From positions 17,682,464 through 17,746,463 of the forward strand of contig NC_043011.1 of assembly GCF_006345805.1 (NCBI RefSeq): 64,000 nt of DNA, in the 5' to 3' direction. The position numbers and the translations under genes were made by a program. The notes under the pieces were generated by a model. That model did not search any database, was not told the DNA's origin, and was given only the letters and a program-made list of their open reading frames with translations. This document shows, one piece after another, positions 48,700 to 62,377 of this stretch. Position 1 is the stretch's first letter; every line of letters begins with the position of its first letter. This DNA comes from Octopus sinensis (taxonomy: Eukaryota).

Positions 48700-48800
48700 C
48701 AATGGCGTGCAAAGATACAACTTTTTTACAAGAACGTTTAATTAAAGAAAATTTATTCATCGAAAAATCCAGACCACGTCTAAATATGCACGCATAACCA
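48700..48800 (+). pseudogene. Extreme C-terminus of a Penelope-like endonuclease
   Basis: Reads LQERLIKENLFIEKSRPRLN, which is similar to VQERLNKENLFIQK at the end of the PLE at about 62590-62640. Confidence 0.6.
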
Positions 48801-50423
48801 ACATTAATCTCTCTATATATTTTGATTCACGATTACACACCCATCATTGTATTTATTTCTCCACACTACTCTAGTTTTTTGAATTTTTGTGTATACCCAC
48901 CACCACCGAAAGATGAACAATTATCTCCGCTGTTCACAATAATAATGATCCCCAATTTACTCCCCTTGAAATTTTCTACTTGTTGAATAATTCGTTCATA
49001 AATTTGTCCACTCACAACCTGGACAAAAACTTCTTTTAAAATACGTACTTAAAATAATTTTAACGTCCTGATTAGCGAAAGCGAAACCGATTGACATACA
49101 GAATATAAATTTTATTCAAAAATATACAAAAAGTTTGTAGTGTGTGAATTTTCCTCCTTTAATTTCTTATACACACACACATATACTGACACCTTATATT
49201 TAAGAGTATTTAAGAGTATAATGTTTGATGATGGCGTCTCAACTAGAGGTAAAGGGGTGAGAGTGAAGAATTTATAATCTTTTTATTGGCCCATACGATT
49301 TAAAGGCTGTACTTTAATGCAAATAGATGTCGTCAGCTTAGCAACGAATACGGTATCTTGACCTTAACGTCGTAAATATAACAATTTAAAATGTAACTAC
49401 TGCATTATCTGTTCTGACGAATATTATTCCTCTGGTGTCTGTGAATGTAAAGCTATTGTTATAGACTAGACGTGATTGACGAGTGTAAGAAAGAACGAAA
49501 TCGAACGAAATTCATTATACCAACAGAAATTACATTATTTCGAATTTTGTAAGAAAATTGACTCCAAAACTAATTGGGATACATATACACACACGTACAC
49601 ACACATGCACATACAAATACACACATAGAGACACGTGCACATAGACACATATATATATACTTATAGGACTCACCTTTGTTTTAGATTTCATGGCTTCTGC
49701 TTCAACCACTTTATTTCGTTCGCGGAGTCCTGACCCGTCCAGACATATTTTTATTATATGAAAATTGTGATACAGAATTGCATATTGCCTTCAAATTTTG
49801 TCACAAAGCCAGACATTTTATCACATCAATCACTAACGATAATCCGTACACATATTAATAACCATTTCCCACAAAAATTGCGTATCACACCGCCTTCTTT
49901 TCTTTGTTTTTGGTATTATTTTAGAATATTATACTTTTAAATATCCGCATTTAAATCACCAACCAACTTTTCTTGAATTGTACTTTTATCATCTTTAAAT
50001 ACCGCTGGATTTAGATAATAGGGTCTCTTGATAAATAACAATATGAAATGGTGAAGATTAAACTGTATTTCGTTATATTGCGACTATATCTGGTTTCCTC
50101 CATGTTTTCCCCTCTGAAGTATTATGCTTTAACCGTAGGGACGTTGGGTTTACTAGCAGTAACTAATTTAAATGTCCTCGTATGACTATAGCTTGTTCAT
50201 TCCCTTGGACTGACTAGCTATTTCATTGTTCTTAGCTACTTCAGTCAATGCATTAGCACATAATGTAATATATAACTGAAATATACTCAGCTATTTCTAA
50301 CATTGAACAAAGCCAGACAACTTATATTTCTATAATCGTTTCCTGTTCTTGGCTAATATCTTCCCGAAACAGAGGGAGAGCCTCTACAACAGTGATTCCA
50401 TATCTTATCACAGAGTTTCCCAA

Positions 50424-50546
50424 CAGTGGTTTTCAACCCTTTTATTTAAATTAGTTTTCCCACGGGCCCCTTTTAATGTACTTATTTTAATATGCTTATG
50501 CATGGGCATAGAGATGTATGGTTATGTAGGTGCATAGAGATGCACA

Positions 50547-50586
<40 letters not shown>

Positions 50587-50746
50587 GGGCGGTGCCCCAG
50601 CATGGCCTCAGCCGGATGGCTGAAACAAGTAAAAGAGTAAAAGAGTATATATATATATATATGAAAATTTCACTTCAGTCCACGGATCCTCAGTATTACC
50701 TTTCAAAACTACCAGGGGTCCGTTGACTTCAAGTTAGGAACCACTG
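50424..50746. mobile_element. Probable hAT/Charlie-type MITE interrupted by (TA)n and a SINE-B tail (about 50585-50645)
   Basis: Ends CAGTGGTTTTCAACC and GTTAGGAACCACTG, with subterminal GGGGTCCG. No matching 8-bp TSD was found. Confidence 0.6.
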
Positions 50747-52184
50747 CTCTGCAGAGTGGCTTCACCTAGTAGAAATACCAGCAAATATCTCTTCAATTGT
50801 TTAAATAAGAATTAACTCGGGCAATGTTACCTTTCCTGCAACCTTCTGGGTATGAAAGATTTTCCATTATAGAAAAAAAATGTTTTGATGAATTACTTGA
50901 AAGAAGTAGGCAATCGGAATTATGTTTAAACAACCTTAATACAGCAACTTATATATTAGATTTTTAGAATGTTTTCTTCCTCAGGCACATCATTTTGCCA
51001 ACAATTCATGAGCCTAAATTGAATTTATGGAAGGAAATTAGGTCTCTTTGTTCGCTGGAAGGAAGTGTCCTATATTTTATATTCTGTGGAATCTAGTTGT
51101 TTCCTTCTTGTTGCTTATTTACTAAGTAGGGAAAAATAAAAAAAGGACACCTTTATATAAGCTAATTATATTGACAACATTTCAACTATTCCCATCCAAG
51201 GGCTGACAAGTTATGATTATAGCGTGTGTTGCTATATTATATAGCAAGAGATAACTGTGACGTTGACAGTTGCAAGTATCATACCAAATTAAGGACTTCA
51301 AACACATGCTTTTACATTTTTACATTTTATATTTCCATGAATTACAAAGATGTTATTGACATTAGAGGCAGCTATGTAAATTCCACGGTTGTGATAATAC
51401 CTATAAGATTGTAATAATTCTATAGAAATATTGAGTTTGCAGTTTTAGGTGAGAATTGCTTTACAAACTATGATCCAAACAATAACATTTTCAGGTCTGC
51501 TATCTTGAGAGTCGGTATTTTCACTTTACTCAAGGAGAGAACAAACTTAAGAATTGAACTAAATGGAAAACATTGCCTGCCTACAAGAACATTCTATCTT
51601 ACAATTTGGGCCAACACGAATCTCTTTACAGGGCTTTAACAAATGGTAATACTGTTTACGTTATTCCAATTGCCATGTTAGACAAAAATTGTTATGAGTA
51701 AAATAGAATTGCTGCTGTAAGTGGAAGTATTTTCCTTCACAAATCACTGGTTCATTTTCGATTCCAACGTTTGGCAGCATGGGAAAGATCTGCAACTATA
51801 ACGTCGATACTTCAAATTCGTTTTAGTGAAATTTTGTAATAGAAAAATGTGCTTTTAAGTTTAAGTATTCAACAGTTTTAAAAAGACACATAAACACTGC
51901 TTCTATTTATACCACGAAACTAACAGTGTAGAAAATAGTCATTGACAAAATGCGTGCTTGAGTTAAAACTAATTACGGAAGACAACAGCTTTGAACGTAA
52001 TAATATACGACATCTCGATAAATCTTGGTTCACGCCATCTTCCCGATACATTTACACAATTGATTTCTGTTAAGTGCGTTGATTTGTGGTAGATGGATTA
52101 ATTTTAATCAACTGTTATGTGAGGTAAAACGGTCCTCTTAAAAGTTTTAATTTTCCTGAAACTTTAAGAGAACATTTTATAGTT

Positions 52185-52325
52185 ATGTCTGAGGAGAGCC
52201 ATTCTCCTTTAGTGCCTTATAATTCAACACACACACACGGGTAAAATTTCCACTAAGTTACTTATATATATATTTTAAATTTTTCATTGCGTCTTGCAGC
52301 CTTTTAAATAGTTGTTGACTCTGTC
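52185..52325. repeat. Family D repeat, second copy
   Basis: Aligns with the reverse complement of 1-170. Confidence 0.7.
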
Positions 52326-52369
52326 CGTTATTCCTGCTGCGTTCTGTTTACATTATTAACATTTAATGG

Positions 52370-52590
52370 ATATTTGCCCTCATCTTGTTTATTGTTAACA
52401 CAACGTTTCAGATGATATACCCTCCAGCCTTCATCAGGTATCTTGGAGAAATTTCGAACCTGGGTTCTCATTCCTAAGATATTTTTCAATATTATCATTA
52501 TCTTAGGAATGAGAACCCAGGTTGGAAATTTCTCCAAGATACCAGCCGAAACGTTGTGTTAGCAACAAACAAGATGAGGACAAAATGCAT
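52370..52590. repeat. Fold-back (inverted) duplication of a PLE-like terminal segment
   Basis: 52439-52481 and 52499-52541 are 43-bp inverted arms with 1 mismatch around a 17-bp spacer. Similarity continues outward (GAAACGTTGTGTTA.CAA.AAACAAGATGAGG.CAAA) beyond a 23-bp deletion in the right arm. Confidence 0.92.
52397..52442 (-). ncRNA. Minimal type-I hammerhead ribozyme motif, degenerate
   Basis: The minus strand reads GAUAC-CUGAUGA-A-GGCUG-GAGGGUAUAU-CAUCU-GAA-ACGU-U-GUGUU. The inverted twin supplies the properly pairing CAGCC-GAAACGUU. Stem III is reduced to the palindrome ACGU. Confidence 0.65.
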
Positions 52591-52722
52591 CCAATGTAAA
52601 TAATGTACATAATTTCTCGTCTCTTAAATATAGAACTGTGTTCTTTTTGTTTTTGCGCATGTATGTGGGTCAGTGTGTGTGCGCATACACATGCATGTGT
52701 GCATATATGTATGTATGCATAC

Positions 52723-52953
52723 AGGCGGCGAGCTGGCAGAAACGTTAGCACGCTGGGCGAAATGCGTAGCTGTATTTCGTCTGTCGTCACGTTCCGAGTT
52801 CAAATTCCGCCGAGGTCGACTTTGCCTTTCATCCTTTCGGGGTCGATAAATTGAGTACCAGTTACACACTGGGGTCGATATAATCGACTTAATCCGTTCA
52901 TCTGTCCTTGTTTGTCCCGTCTGTGTTTAGCCCCTTGTGGGTAGTAAAGAAAT
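52723..52953 (+). mobile_element. SINE family A, monomer
   Basis: Full head, core and tail. TSD ATATATGTATGTATGCAT at 52703-52720 and 52954-52971. Confidence 0.93.
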
Positions 52954-53189
52954 ATATATGTATGTATGCATTCATGTGTGTGCATGTATTCTGCATATTC
53001 ATGTGTGTTTGTGCGTTCGTGTTTGTGTGTTTCTTTAGTGTGTGTGGATATTTTGCATGTGCGTGTGTGAAGGTGACTATGTACTGTGTCTCTATGTATG
53101 GATGTGTATCTCCATATGTGTTCTGTGGGAAGTGCAGACCTATAATCAACATGTATCAACCCTGAAACATGAGTTTTCATTTCTCTTTT

Positions 53190-53340
53190 GTTTTTCTTTT
53201 TACTTCTTTCAATCATTAGACTGCGTCCATGCTGGGGCAGCATCATGGAGAATGTTTTTAGTCAGTACTTATCGTTCATAGCTTGGTACTTATTTTATCG
53301 GGCTTGTCAAACGCTTTTCAAACGGTGGTGGGGGACAATC
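53190..53340 (-). mobile_element. SINE family B 3' fragment, diverged
   Basis: ATTAGACTGCG.CCATGCTGGGGCA.C...GGTACTTATTTTATCGG...GTCAA.CG.TGGTGGGGGACA matches the reverse complement of the family B tail. Confidence 0.65.
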
Positions 53341-55539
53341 AAGTTTTTTTTATTTTTGATTTTCCGACATGTTTATATGGAATAACGAATCTATTAACGA
53401 TAAAATAATTTTTTTAAATAATTTTAAAAAACATTTTTTAAATAAGTAAAAGTGAAGTTTTATGTGCAAAGCAGCAAAACCAGTGTAAAATTAACTGTAG
53501 ATATTGACAAGTTAGGTAATATTATTTCAGAATAAAATGTAAAAATTCATTTTTCAATTAAGAATAAATACCGCAAAAGCGGTCACGACTGTTTGTATGT
53601 ACTCTACTGGGCTGGTTTACAAAGATGTAAATGTCCAATTCCCATGAGGAGAAGCCTGAAAAAAGCAAGAGAGTACCTGTCTATGTTCCTATTATATTTA
53701 TTGACATCTTTTTTTGCCTGAGTTCATTGAAATTGTCTGTCATGTAATCGGGTTGACATTGTAGCAGTAATATAAAATGGTTGACTGTATTATAATTATA
53801 CTTTTCATATTAAATAATATATTCACTATTTGTAATTGCTGCGGCTTGACTTAAAGGCATAAAAGTATTTAATTTTGCTGTTGGTTTTTTACATTTAACA
53901 TTATCCTTTATGTAGTCCGAGTCGTTATACTTTACAGTATCTTCTCTGTTAGAATACGTTCCAGTAATATACTGCTATCGCATGAATTTGGCTTAAAAGA
54001 TAGATATTCTTACAAGATATACGAAAGGTAATATTCTCAAATTCGAAACGTTCTTTAAGCACTTAGAAATATATAGGGACAATAAAATTAAGATGCTCAG
54101 CGATTAGCAACCAAAAACAACGTAAGAGTTTAATTTGTGAACTTACCGTTGTTTTTCTCATTACAAAATTTGACCTATTGCATGACTATAAGAAAATATC
54201 AGCATTGGTAACGACCGGAACAACACATAGCACATAGAACTTAATTGACTGCGTCATGATATATTTCCGTCTAGGAGGAGTAAATGACAGAAAAGGTCAG
54301 TTTATGATAAACGAGTGTGATCATATTTATCCAAATGCTTGTGTAACAACGAGCGGATAGTTTTGTCGAAGTCAGCTTTTGTATTGTAACGAGGAGGGAG
54401 TTGTGTTACAGCAAGCGAGTTGTTGTGTTGAAGGGAGAATACAGTTTCGTTATAGTCAGCTTATAATTGTGTAGAGCACTTTGTTGTATAATCAACAATA
54501 TTTGATTTTATATTTTTAGATTGTACTTTCGGATCCAAATTTTGCTATTCCGTTATGTATTTTACAGAGAGATACTGAATCTATTCTAGTGACGTTGTCA
54601 GGACTGTCTATGATAATAAAAGATTGTCTTAGACAGGAAACACGCATTATATAAATATTCGCCTTTGTAAGAATAACATTGCATTTACTTACAAGGTTTA
54701 TGTATAACAAACTGATATTGCCCGCCAAAGCAAATAGTGGAGCCATGGTGACAACATATCGAAGTATTCTGATGCAGACTCTCGATGATATTGCCAGTAG
54801 CTCGTTAAGATACTGCACCTTTAAATTATATAATGTCTGCAGACTACATTCTACTCAAGAATGAAAAACAAAAATAGTCGCGATTTGGTATTAATTTCTA
54901 TAATTGCAATCGAAATTGCATTTAAATCACAATGGGAATGTGATCGAAACTAATCTTCACAGGCGACTAAAAGTATTTTGAATACACTTCTTTTGGGACG
55001 ATTTCCAGAATAACAGAGCAGCTAATTTACATACGTCTATACATTACTGTTTTAATCGAAATTAATCAACTTGCTTTTCTCATCAATTGTTATTTAAGAA
55101 TAAGCCTCCTCTTTACCATAAAAATACGGCAAATCACCACATTTACAATGTTATGCTAAATTATTCAACAATTATAATTGCATTCCACTATATTTAATGC
55201 ATCAATTTGAACTGCCATACATCTTTTATTTAAACAATCACACACACAAATACGCAGATGCATACATGCATATGTCCGTATATATGTATAGTATTTAAAC
55301 TTTGGTAAGCCTCTAGTCATAAATTAAATAACCACAGGCGTCTTGAAAGTAAGTGACAACAATATAGCGGCTGCAGTATATAGGGGAATAGTTACTTGTT
55401 GGGGCGGAGGAACCTCTGATTCCCCATACCCGGAATGGTGGTGTTCTGATCTTACAGACATAAAGTGTGTAAGAGACAATTTCCGTGATACAAATGCTAG
55501 CCATCTCAAGGATAATGTTAAACTGTCTAATGCGTGACA

Positions 55540-56040
55540 TTTGCCCTGTTATTTTACCAGAAACTCAGTCTGTTTCTGATTGGGTATAAAGGCAATGAAC
55601 ACGATTTTATGAGCTAGGAATCTTCAGGAAAATTTTGCTGAACATCAAGCACTACACTAACAGGTATTTGCTGACCTTACTAAAGCATTTGACCTGGTCA
55701 ATATAGAAGCCTTGGGATCGATCGTTCTCAAATCTGTCTGCTCATCAAAATTTGTGCCATGGTTAAAAGAAGTACATGCAATCTGGAAAACAAGAACGAC
55801 TTTGATGGAGAGCTTGAAGTAAAACAAAGCGATATTCTAGTACCAACATTGTTCGTAATATATTTAACGACGCTGCTCTTTCAAAACTGTGACAATGGTG
55901 TTTGAATAAGTTTTCGAAGTTCAGGAAAGATTTTCGATTTATAACATTTCAATAGTAAAACAAAAACTGCTTGCCTCCAATAAAAGAACTTTAGAATGCA
56001 AATAATGCTTACAGTGTTGTAGACAGAGACGAAAATGATA
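55540..56040 (+). mobile_element. RTE-clade LINE RT fragment, heavily decayed
   Basis: Frame pieces read ILPETQ, RNLQE.FAEH, VFADLTKAFDLVN.EAL and VKQSDILVPTLF..YL, matching RTE RT motifs (LPESQCGF, LQEK..E, DLTKAFD, VKQG..L.P.LF). A possible YRGI motif lies upstream at about 55378. Confidence 0.75.
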
Positions 56041-56324
56041 AGTCGGTAGTCTGGCTATAAATTTGAAATAGAAGAAAAAATCTCTAGTGATCTTTACTCC
56101 GGTACCTGGTGATCATTAATTGAAGATTAGTATTTATGTGAAAAGCACAAGTTTACAAGTAGTGCTCTATGAAAAGATAACAGTCCGGATTTTGAAAATA
56201 CTTTGCAAATGTGAAAATAAAGTTATTATGAGATCCAAGCATAAAGACTCAGAGAAAAATCAGCGTTTACAAGACTTGCATAATGACACTGATCTTGTGT
56301 ACTACAAACATTCGTCTATATTTG

Positions 56325-56401
<77 letters not shown>

Positions 56402-56464
56402 GTCTGTCTGTCTATCTATCTGTCTATATATCTATCTCTTTATCTGTCATCTCTCCCTTTTCGG

Positions 56465-56497
<33 letters not shown>

Positions 56498-56999
56498 ACG
56501 TATATATACATATATATATGCAAATGTATACTAACATGCATATGCAGACATACACATATACTCACATCCATGCGGACACATATTTATACAACGTACGTAT
56601 GTGTATGTGCGCGTGCGTGTAAATATATGTGTGTTTGTGTGTGTGTATGACAGTGTGCGTGCACGCAGGCGTAGAAATTTCAATGGAAAAAGTTTTTTTG
56701 TAGATATCAGGGAAGAAATGAGGTTATTTCTTACTGAAAGTGTTGGGTAAAAACATATCATATCTATTATGATTTGATTATGGACCAGTTTGAAATTTCT
56801 AGAATTTGAAAACTACTTCTACCTATCAGAAACCAAGAACCCATCACTGCAAATGCGCACTGTAGAAAGATTTTATGGTGGACACTTAAAGGAATCCGAA
56901 ACATACTACTGATGCATCTGTACAGGGAAATTTGAATCAATATAGGAAGTCATATTTATGCTTGGCTATAGAAACAAGTATACGTGCACACATACATAA

Positions 57000-57050
<51 letters not shown>

Positions 57051-57944
57051 CATATACATATATATATATATATATATACATATACACATATACATATACA
57101 TATATATATATACACACACACATCTATATATACATATATATACACATGTAAATGTATATGCATGCTTGCGTTTTTTGTTGTATACAAAAACTTAACTACA
57201 AACATTTCATAAATAATTAAATGAATAATTTGAAATACATATTTAGAAACAAGAATTCAATTGAATTATATTTACTAAAGGTTGCTTAGGCCATTCACAA
57301 AGGGGAATTGGCGCTTAACTAAAATAAAATTTCAAATAGAAAAGAAAAAAAGTAACATGTTAGAGAAAAAAGAAACTAGAAGCTAGTGTACTTCACAGTG
57401 AGAAAAATATCGATAAGGTTTCAGAATGCATTTCCTATATAATTTTCACAAGTGAAGTGAGCCATGAATATATTCCAACCTGAATTTTCTCTGTTTCCTC
57501 TTTTTGTACATTTTACTTTATGGTTTTCGTGTCGTAATTTCTTTCTCTGTGTCGCATACGAGACCGTTTTTGACTGCAAAGACATTTGCAGCATGTTTTT
57601 CTTTTTATCGTTATAGTATCATTTAGTCAAATCGATTTATTTTATATTAGTTGATTTAAAAGTTCATTTAATTTCTAGTCGCTTTTTTTCTTACAAAACC
57701 AATCAAATATTTTTTTTTCTTTTACAATACTGCCAATATGTTATGTTATGTTATTTATTTATTCGATATCGATAGACACGCATGTAATTATACTGCTTCA
57801 TTTTATGTTAATTTAATGAAAATTCATTTAAAAAAAAATTACCTGTTTAAGAGACCAGGTCTATTTAAGAATTCTAAATCATAATTTGAGATTTTAACTT
57901 CCTCTCTCTCTATATATACACATGTATGTATTCTTTTATTCATT

Positions 57945-58135
57945 TATTCTTTTATTTCTTTCATTCATTTGACTGCGGTTATGCTGGAGAACCAACTTTA
58001 GTCGAACAAATCAAACCCAAGACTAATTCTTTGTAATCCTAGTACTTATTTTATCGGTTTGTTTTTCCGAACCACTAAGTTTCAGAGACGTAGATGCACT
58101 AGTATCGGTTGTCAAGCGATGGCGGGGGACAAACA
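57945..58135 (-). mobile_element. SINE family B 3' half, cut off at its central microsatellite
   Basis: Reverse complement of the family B tail from GAATAAAAGAAT through TGTTTGTCCCCC. The sequence then switches abruptly at 58136. Confidence 0.82.
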
Positions 58136-58137
58136 GC

Positions 58138-59230
58138 TGTGACGAGAGTACGACACCCTCCGACGAAAATAGACTAGGCCACTCCATATAAATTGTAGTG
58201 GTTTAAGGTAGTCGGCTGTCCGTAGTTTGGTCTTCGATACCGTAAGTTAGAATTGCTGTTATTTTGCTGTTGACTGTTTGTTTAGTGTTCCTTGAACACC
58301 CTGTGAATTTGTTTTACTGCTTTACGGCAGGCTATTTACGCTTTCCCTCCACGTAGAGGATTGTCGGCCAACTACATATGTCGTTGGACAAAGACTACAG
58401 TTACTCAGAGATGTCTTACTCGGAAAGGAGGAAAAGATAGCGGTTCTCCAGGCCACGAAAACTGATAGCAGACATTGGAAGGGTTAGACGCTGGATATGA
58501 TTATCTAGGGGTCGTCGGACGGTTACATTGGATGATTTAATGAGTGTTAGGGTGGAGGGCAGGGCCCTCGATATTTTAAGTGTGGCTTGGAAAGTCACCT
58601 TAGAGCGAATGCCCTTCACCGCCCCCCAAAAAACAGAAGAACCCCAAGAAGAAAACATTAAAAGAGGAAGGTGGTAGTACCATCAACAACTGGAGAAAAA
58701 GAAAATGAAACAGATAATGAATGGAAAAAGAAAAAGAAGGAAAAGGAAAAAGACAAGCCAAATGGACACAGACCCTTATCCCATAACCACCCAACACACA
58801 CCCACACCCTCTTCGTCCCCCACAACAGATATAAAACTTTCCCACCCACATCTGACACCAAAAGGAGTACATTCAGACAAAAACCCCAAACTCTCGCCCT
58901 CCGGCAATAAGGAAAAAGAGCAATCATATATGATGTTTCGAACAAGGAAAACTGAAAAGTGATATCATCATAGCGAGAATTTATAGGGGTAGACACAAAA
59001 AAGCATGACAATATTGAAGGATGGCATAACTGCGTAATATTAACTGAAGAGCAAAGAACAATAATAACGAAATACAAACACGGATATAAACACGGATGCA
59101 AATGATGGACCGTCTATTGAGACAATGCCCCAAAACACCGTTCTCAATTTTGCTTCTCCACACTTTCCGCTAATGATTTCGTCATATTGCAGAAAAGGCT
59201 AGAGATGATCTCTGAATGCAGTCTTACAAT
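58138..59230 (+). other. Unclassified GC-richer, strand-skewed segment, possibly the decayed 5' region (leader plus gag/ORF1-like) of a retroelement
   Basis: Starts TGTGACG at a SINE breakpoint. A strongly A/C-skewed region encodes K/E- and P/T-rich frames (58671-58962). No diagnostic motif was recognised. Confidence 0.35.
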
Positions 59231-59686
59231 CAACTAATTTGGTGAGGAGCAGTGAGGATAACATGGTAAACGGTCGTGTAGTGCGGCATCATTTTTCAGC
59301 ACTTACAAGCGGTGGAAATAACTAACGAAAGGATGGGTGCTTTTTCGTGTGTGAAAATTTATATCGTTATTTACACTCTGGTACTGAACCCGGTTACTTT
59401 ATCTTGCGCCGCCCTGTATAACGTGACATCCACCAAATTAATTGGGAGCCCGTACATTACAAATTTCTATTTTTCATTCACGTATACTATTGTATTATTG
59501 ACGTGAAAAATGATTCATACAGACGTACTTTCATTACAAGTAACAATTCCACGTCCACCCACGCAATTTTATATGAAAGAGAAGACGGGGTGACAGAAAC
59601 AGAGTAAGAAAACATAGAATAATATATTTCCTTAAATTGTCTTCTTTGTAACAAGATAACATATGAGTGAATATAATAGAAGCATA

Positions 59687-60020
59687 GAGGCGCAATGGCC
59701 CAGTGGTTAGGGCAACGGACTCGTGGTCATAGGATCGTGGTTTCGATTCCCAGACCGGGCGTGGTGAGTGTTTATTGAGCGAAAACACCAAAAGCTCCAC
59801 GAGGCTCCGGCAGGGGATGGTGGTGATCCCTGCTGTACTCTTTCTGTTTCTGTTGTACCTTGTCACTCTATGTGTCACGCTGAATATCCCCGAGAACTAC
59901 GTTAAGGGTGCACGTGTCTGTGGAGTGCTCAGCCACTTACACGTTAATTTCACGAGCAGGCTGTTCCGTTGATTCGGATCAACCGGAACCCTTATCGTCG
60001 TAACCGACGGAGTGCTTCCC
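59687..60020 (+). mobile_element. tRNA-derived SINE family C, tail type 2
   Basis: A-box TGGCCCAGTGG and B-box-like GGTTTCGATTCC. TSD AAT(A/G)GAAGCATA at 59675-59686 and 60021-60032. Confidence 0.9.
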
Positions 60021-60249
60021 AATGGAAGCATAATTAGTGTACTGGCAGTTGCAATTTGCAGCTGATTCACATTAATAGGTTTCATAAAACAACAAACTCT
60101 GTATATAAAGTAGTGAGCTTGGTAATTCAACAGTTCTTATTTATCGGAAGAATAGGTTGAACCACGAAGCAGTACTACTATACCTAATATACATATCTAC
60201 AGCACCATTTAACACACGATAACGTTTCGCCACATCTGATAATGTTCCG

Positions 60250-60385
60250 TGATATTGGTTTAAACTTTTTGCACAAGGCCAGAAATTTCGAAGAGGGGAT
60301 AACCCCAATACATCGACCCTAGTGTTCAATTGGTACTTATTTAAACCATCCCCAAAGCAAGGTCGACCTAGGTGCAAATTGTACT
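60250..60385 (-). mobile_element. SINE family A' fragment
   Basis: The reverse complement has AGGTCGACCTTGCTTT...TAAATAAGTACCA.TTGAACACTAGGGTCGATGTA...CTGGCCTTGTGCAAAAA. Confidence 0.7.
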
Positions 60386-60797
60386 GCTCCGAAATATCAA
60401 TGTAAAATATACAAATGACAGTCAAACCAAGACCACAGACTTCTATATGTAATCTAAAAATTATAAATATTTTCTATTTGTAACTATCAAAGCGTCCAGA
60501 TAATATTAAATTTTATTGGTCTACGCTTTGACTACTTTAGTTTAACACAGTCTCTATACAACTTTCTGAAATAAATCTCTTATTGTAGAAACAGCAATAT
60601 TCCAATTCAATTTAGTTTAATTACTTCTAAAATTATTCGAGAACTGTTGCACAAATTGTCAGTAGACACTCAGCTAAAACAACACAGTATATTGAAAACA
60701 CAAATCCAACATTGTTAAACTAAAGTAGCTTCATCATTATGTTTACTTAAGATATTTTCGCAAACACTTAGGACATATACAGGGCAATATTTAAGCG

Positions 60798-60841
<44 letters not shown>

Positions 60842-61303
60842 ATTTAGGTTCAAATGCCAAACATAATAACGTTTTGGTACCAAACACTGATTCCTACAGA
60901 GCATGAGAAAGTGTGATTTGGTAAAATATATTTACTTAATGATTAATCCACCCGTATTAATAAAGCGAATATACTTTAAGGTAAAGTTACTCCGACTATC
61001 CTTTATTGAATATACGTATATACGTGTGTTTCTGCATATTGATATACGTACATTTAATTATATATGCACACATACATTGATGTGTTTGTTTTACTTTAGC
61101 AGCTTAATTTGTTTGATTAAGACATCAGCAGTAGGTCCTTGATGGGGCACCATATAACAGACAGGCACATACATAAATAAACACATAGACACACGTACAG
61201 AGATACAGAATCTGTTATATAAATGTCAGAAAATGGTTGTCTGTGTGTTCAATCCATTCATTTATCTACCATTTACTTACCATTTCTCTTTCTCTCCCTC
61301 TCA

Positions 61304-61391
<88 letters not shown>

Positions 61392-61406
61392 ATATTATAT
61401 ATATAT

Positions 61407-61458
<52 letters not shown>

Positions 61459-61549
61459 GTGTGTGTGTGTGTGTCTATATGTATATATATATATATTATA
61501 TATTATATATATATATATGTTTATATATGTATCTATTTTTCTATCTCAT

Positions 61550-61605
<56 letters not shown>

Positions 61606-61794
61606 CCACCATCGATACAGCAACGGTAAAGTGCTTGGCTATCTTTTCTTCTCCGAACCCATGTCTTCATTTTCACTGTCATCCTTCTGGTGGTGATATT
61701 AGACAAGTAATGCGATCGTTATCATGGATATTCATATATATACATACACACGCACACAAACACACGGGCCCACACATGCACACACATATATATT

Positions 61795-61950
61795 GATATG
61801 GTAACCAGTTTGCGTTCAAGCCACATGGTTCTGGGTTTGGTCCAACTGTGAGGCAACTTGGCCGAGTATTTCTTCTATAGACTTAGACCGACCGAAGGCC
61901 TTGTTAGTGGATTTGGTACGCGGAAAACAGAAGACGCCCATCGAGTGTAT
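61795..61950 (+). mobile_element. SINE family B 5' part, diverged
   Basis: CCACATGGTTCTGGGTT.GGTCC.ACTGTG.GGCA.CTTGG...CTTCTATAG...CCGACC.AAGGCCTTGT.AGTGGATTTGGTA. Confidence 0.75.
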
Positions 61951-61952
61951 AC

Positions 61953-62007
<55 letters not shown>

Positions 62008-62377
62008 ATATATACATACATACATACATACATACATCTACACACACACAGACACACATATATGTGCCTTGCTCGCTTACGTTCTGGTGTTTGCTAAATT
62101 TCCTTGAGAACACTCCTTTCTTAGTGGAAAGACCATAGCGGATCTTCTAGCAAAATGGATGATGACTTACAGGTAATCCCTCTTATATGTGTATATATCT
62201 TGTAGGAATATAAAAATATACAAGGAGCAAATATTCTGAAGAATCAGTATACATCACGTGACAGAATTATGAGTTGAAAAAAAAGTGGATTTTTTTTTAA
62301 GTGGAAGAGAAATGCCTTTGTTTAATATAGATTAATATCATTTTATAAATATATATATATTATGTGGATGTCGTGAA

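Noticed and set aside
54693-54812. Minus-strand AG...GTAAGT-bounded 40-codon hydrophobic frame as an exon
   Set aside because: The acceptor is poor, there is no recognisable homology and no partner exons on that strand. Such matches are expected by chance in 64 kb.
59687-59760. SINE heads (also 35110-35181 and the family A and B heads) as tRNA genes
   Set aside because: A/B-box-like motifs are present, but no complete cloverleaf with acceptor stem could be built, and they continue into SINE bodies with TSDs.
1815-61796. Dozens of ORFs rich in I/Y, L, N, D, H, or spanning SINEs (for example 1815-2072, 6457-6937, 14671-15229, 20413-20762, 27322-27888, 38234-38890, 56120-57205, 61223-61796)
   Set aside because: They are translations of (TA)n, (ATT)n, (TG)n, (CTAT)n tracts or SINE bodies that lack stops by construction, and show no protein motifs.
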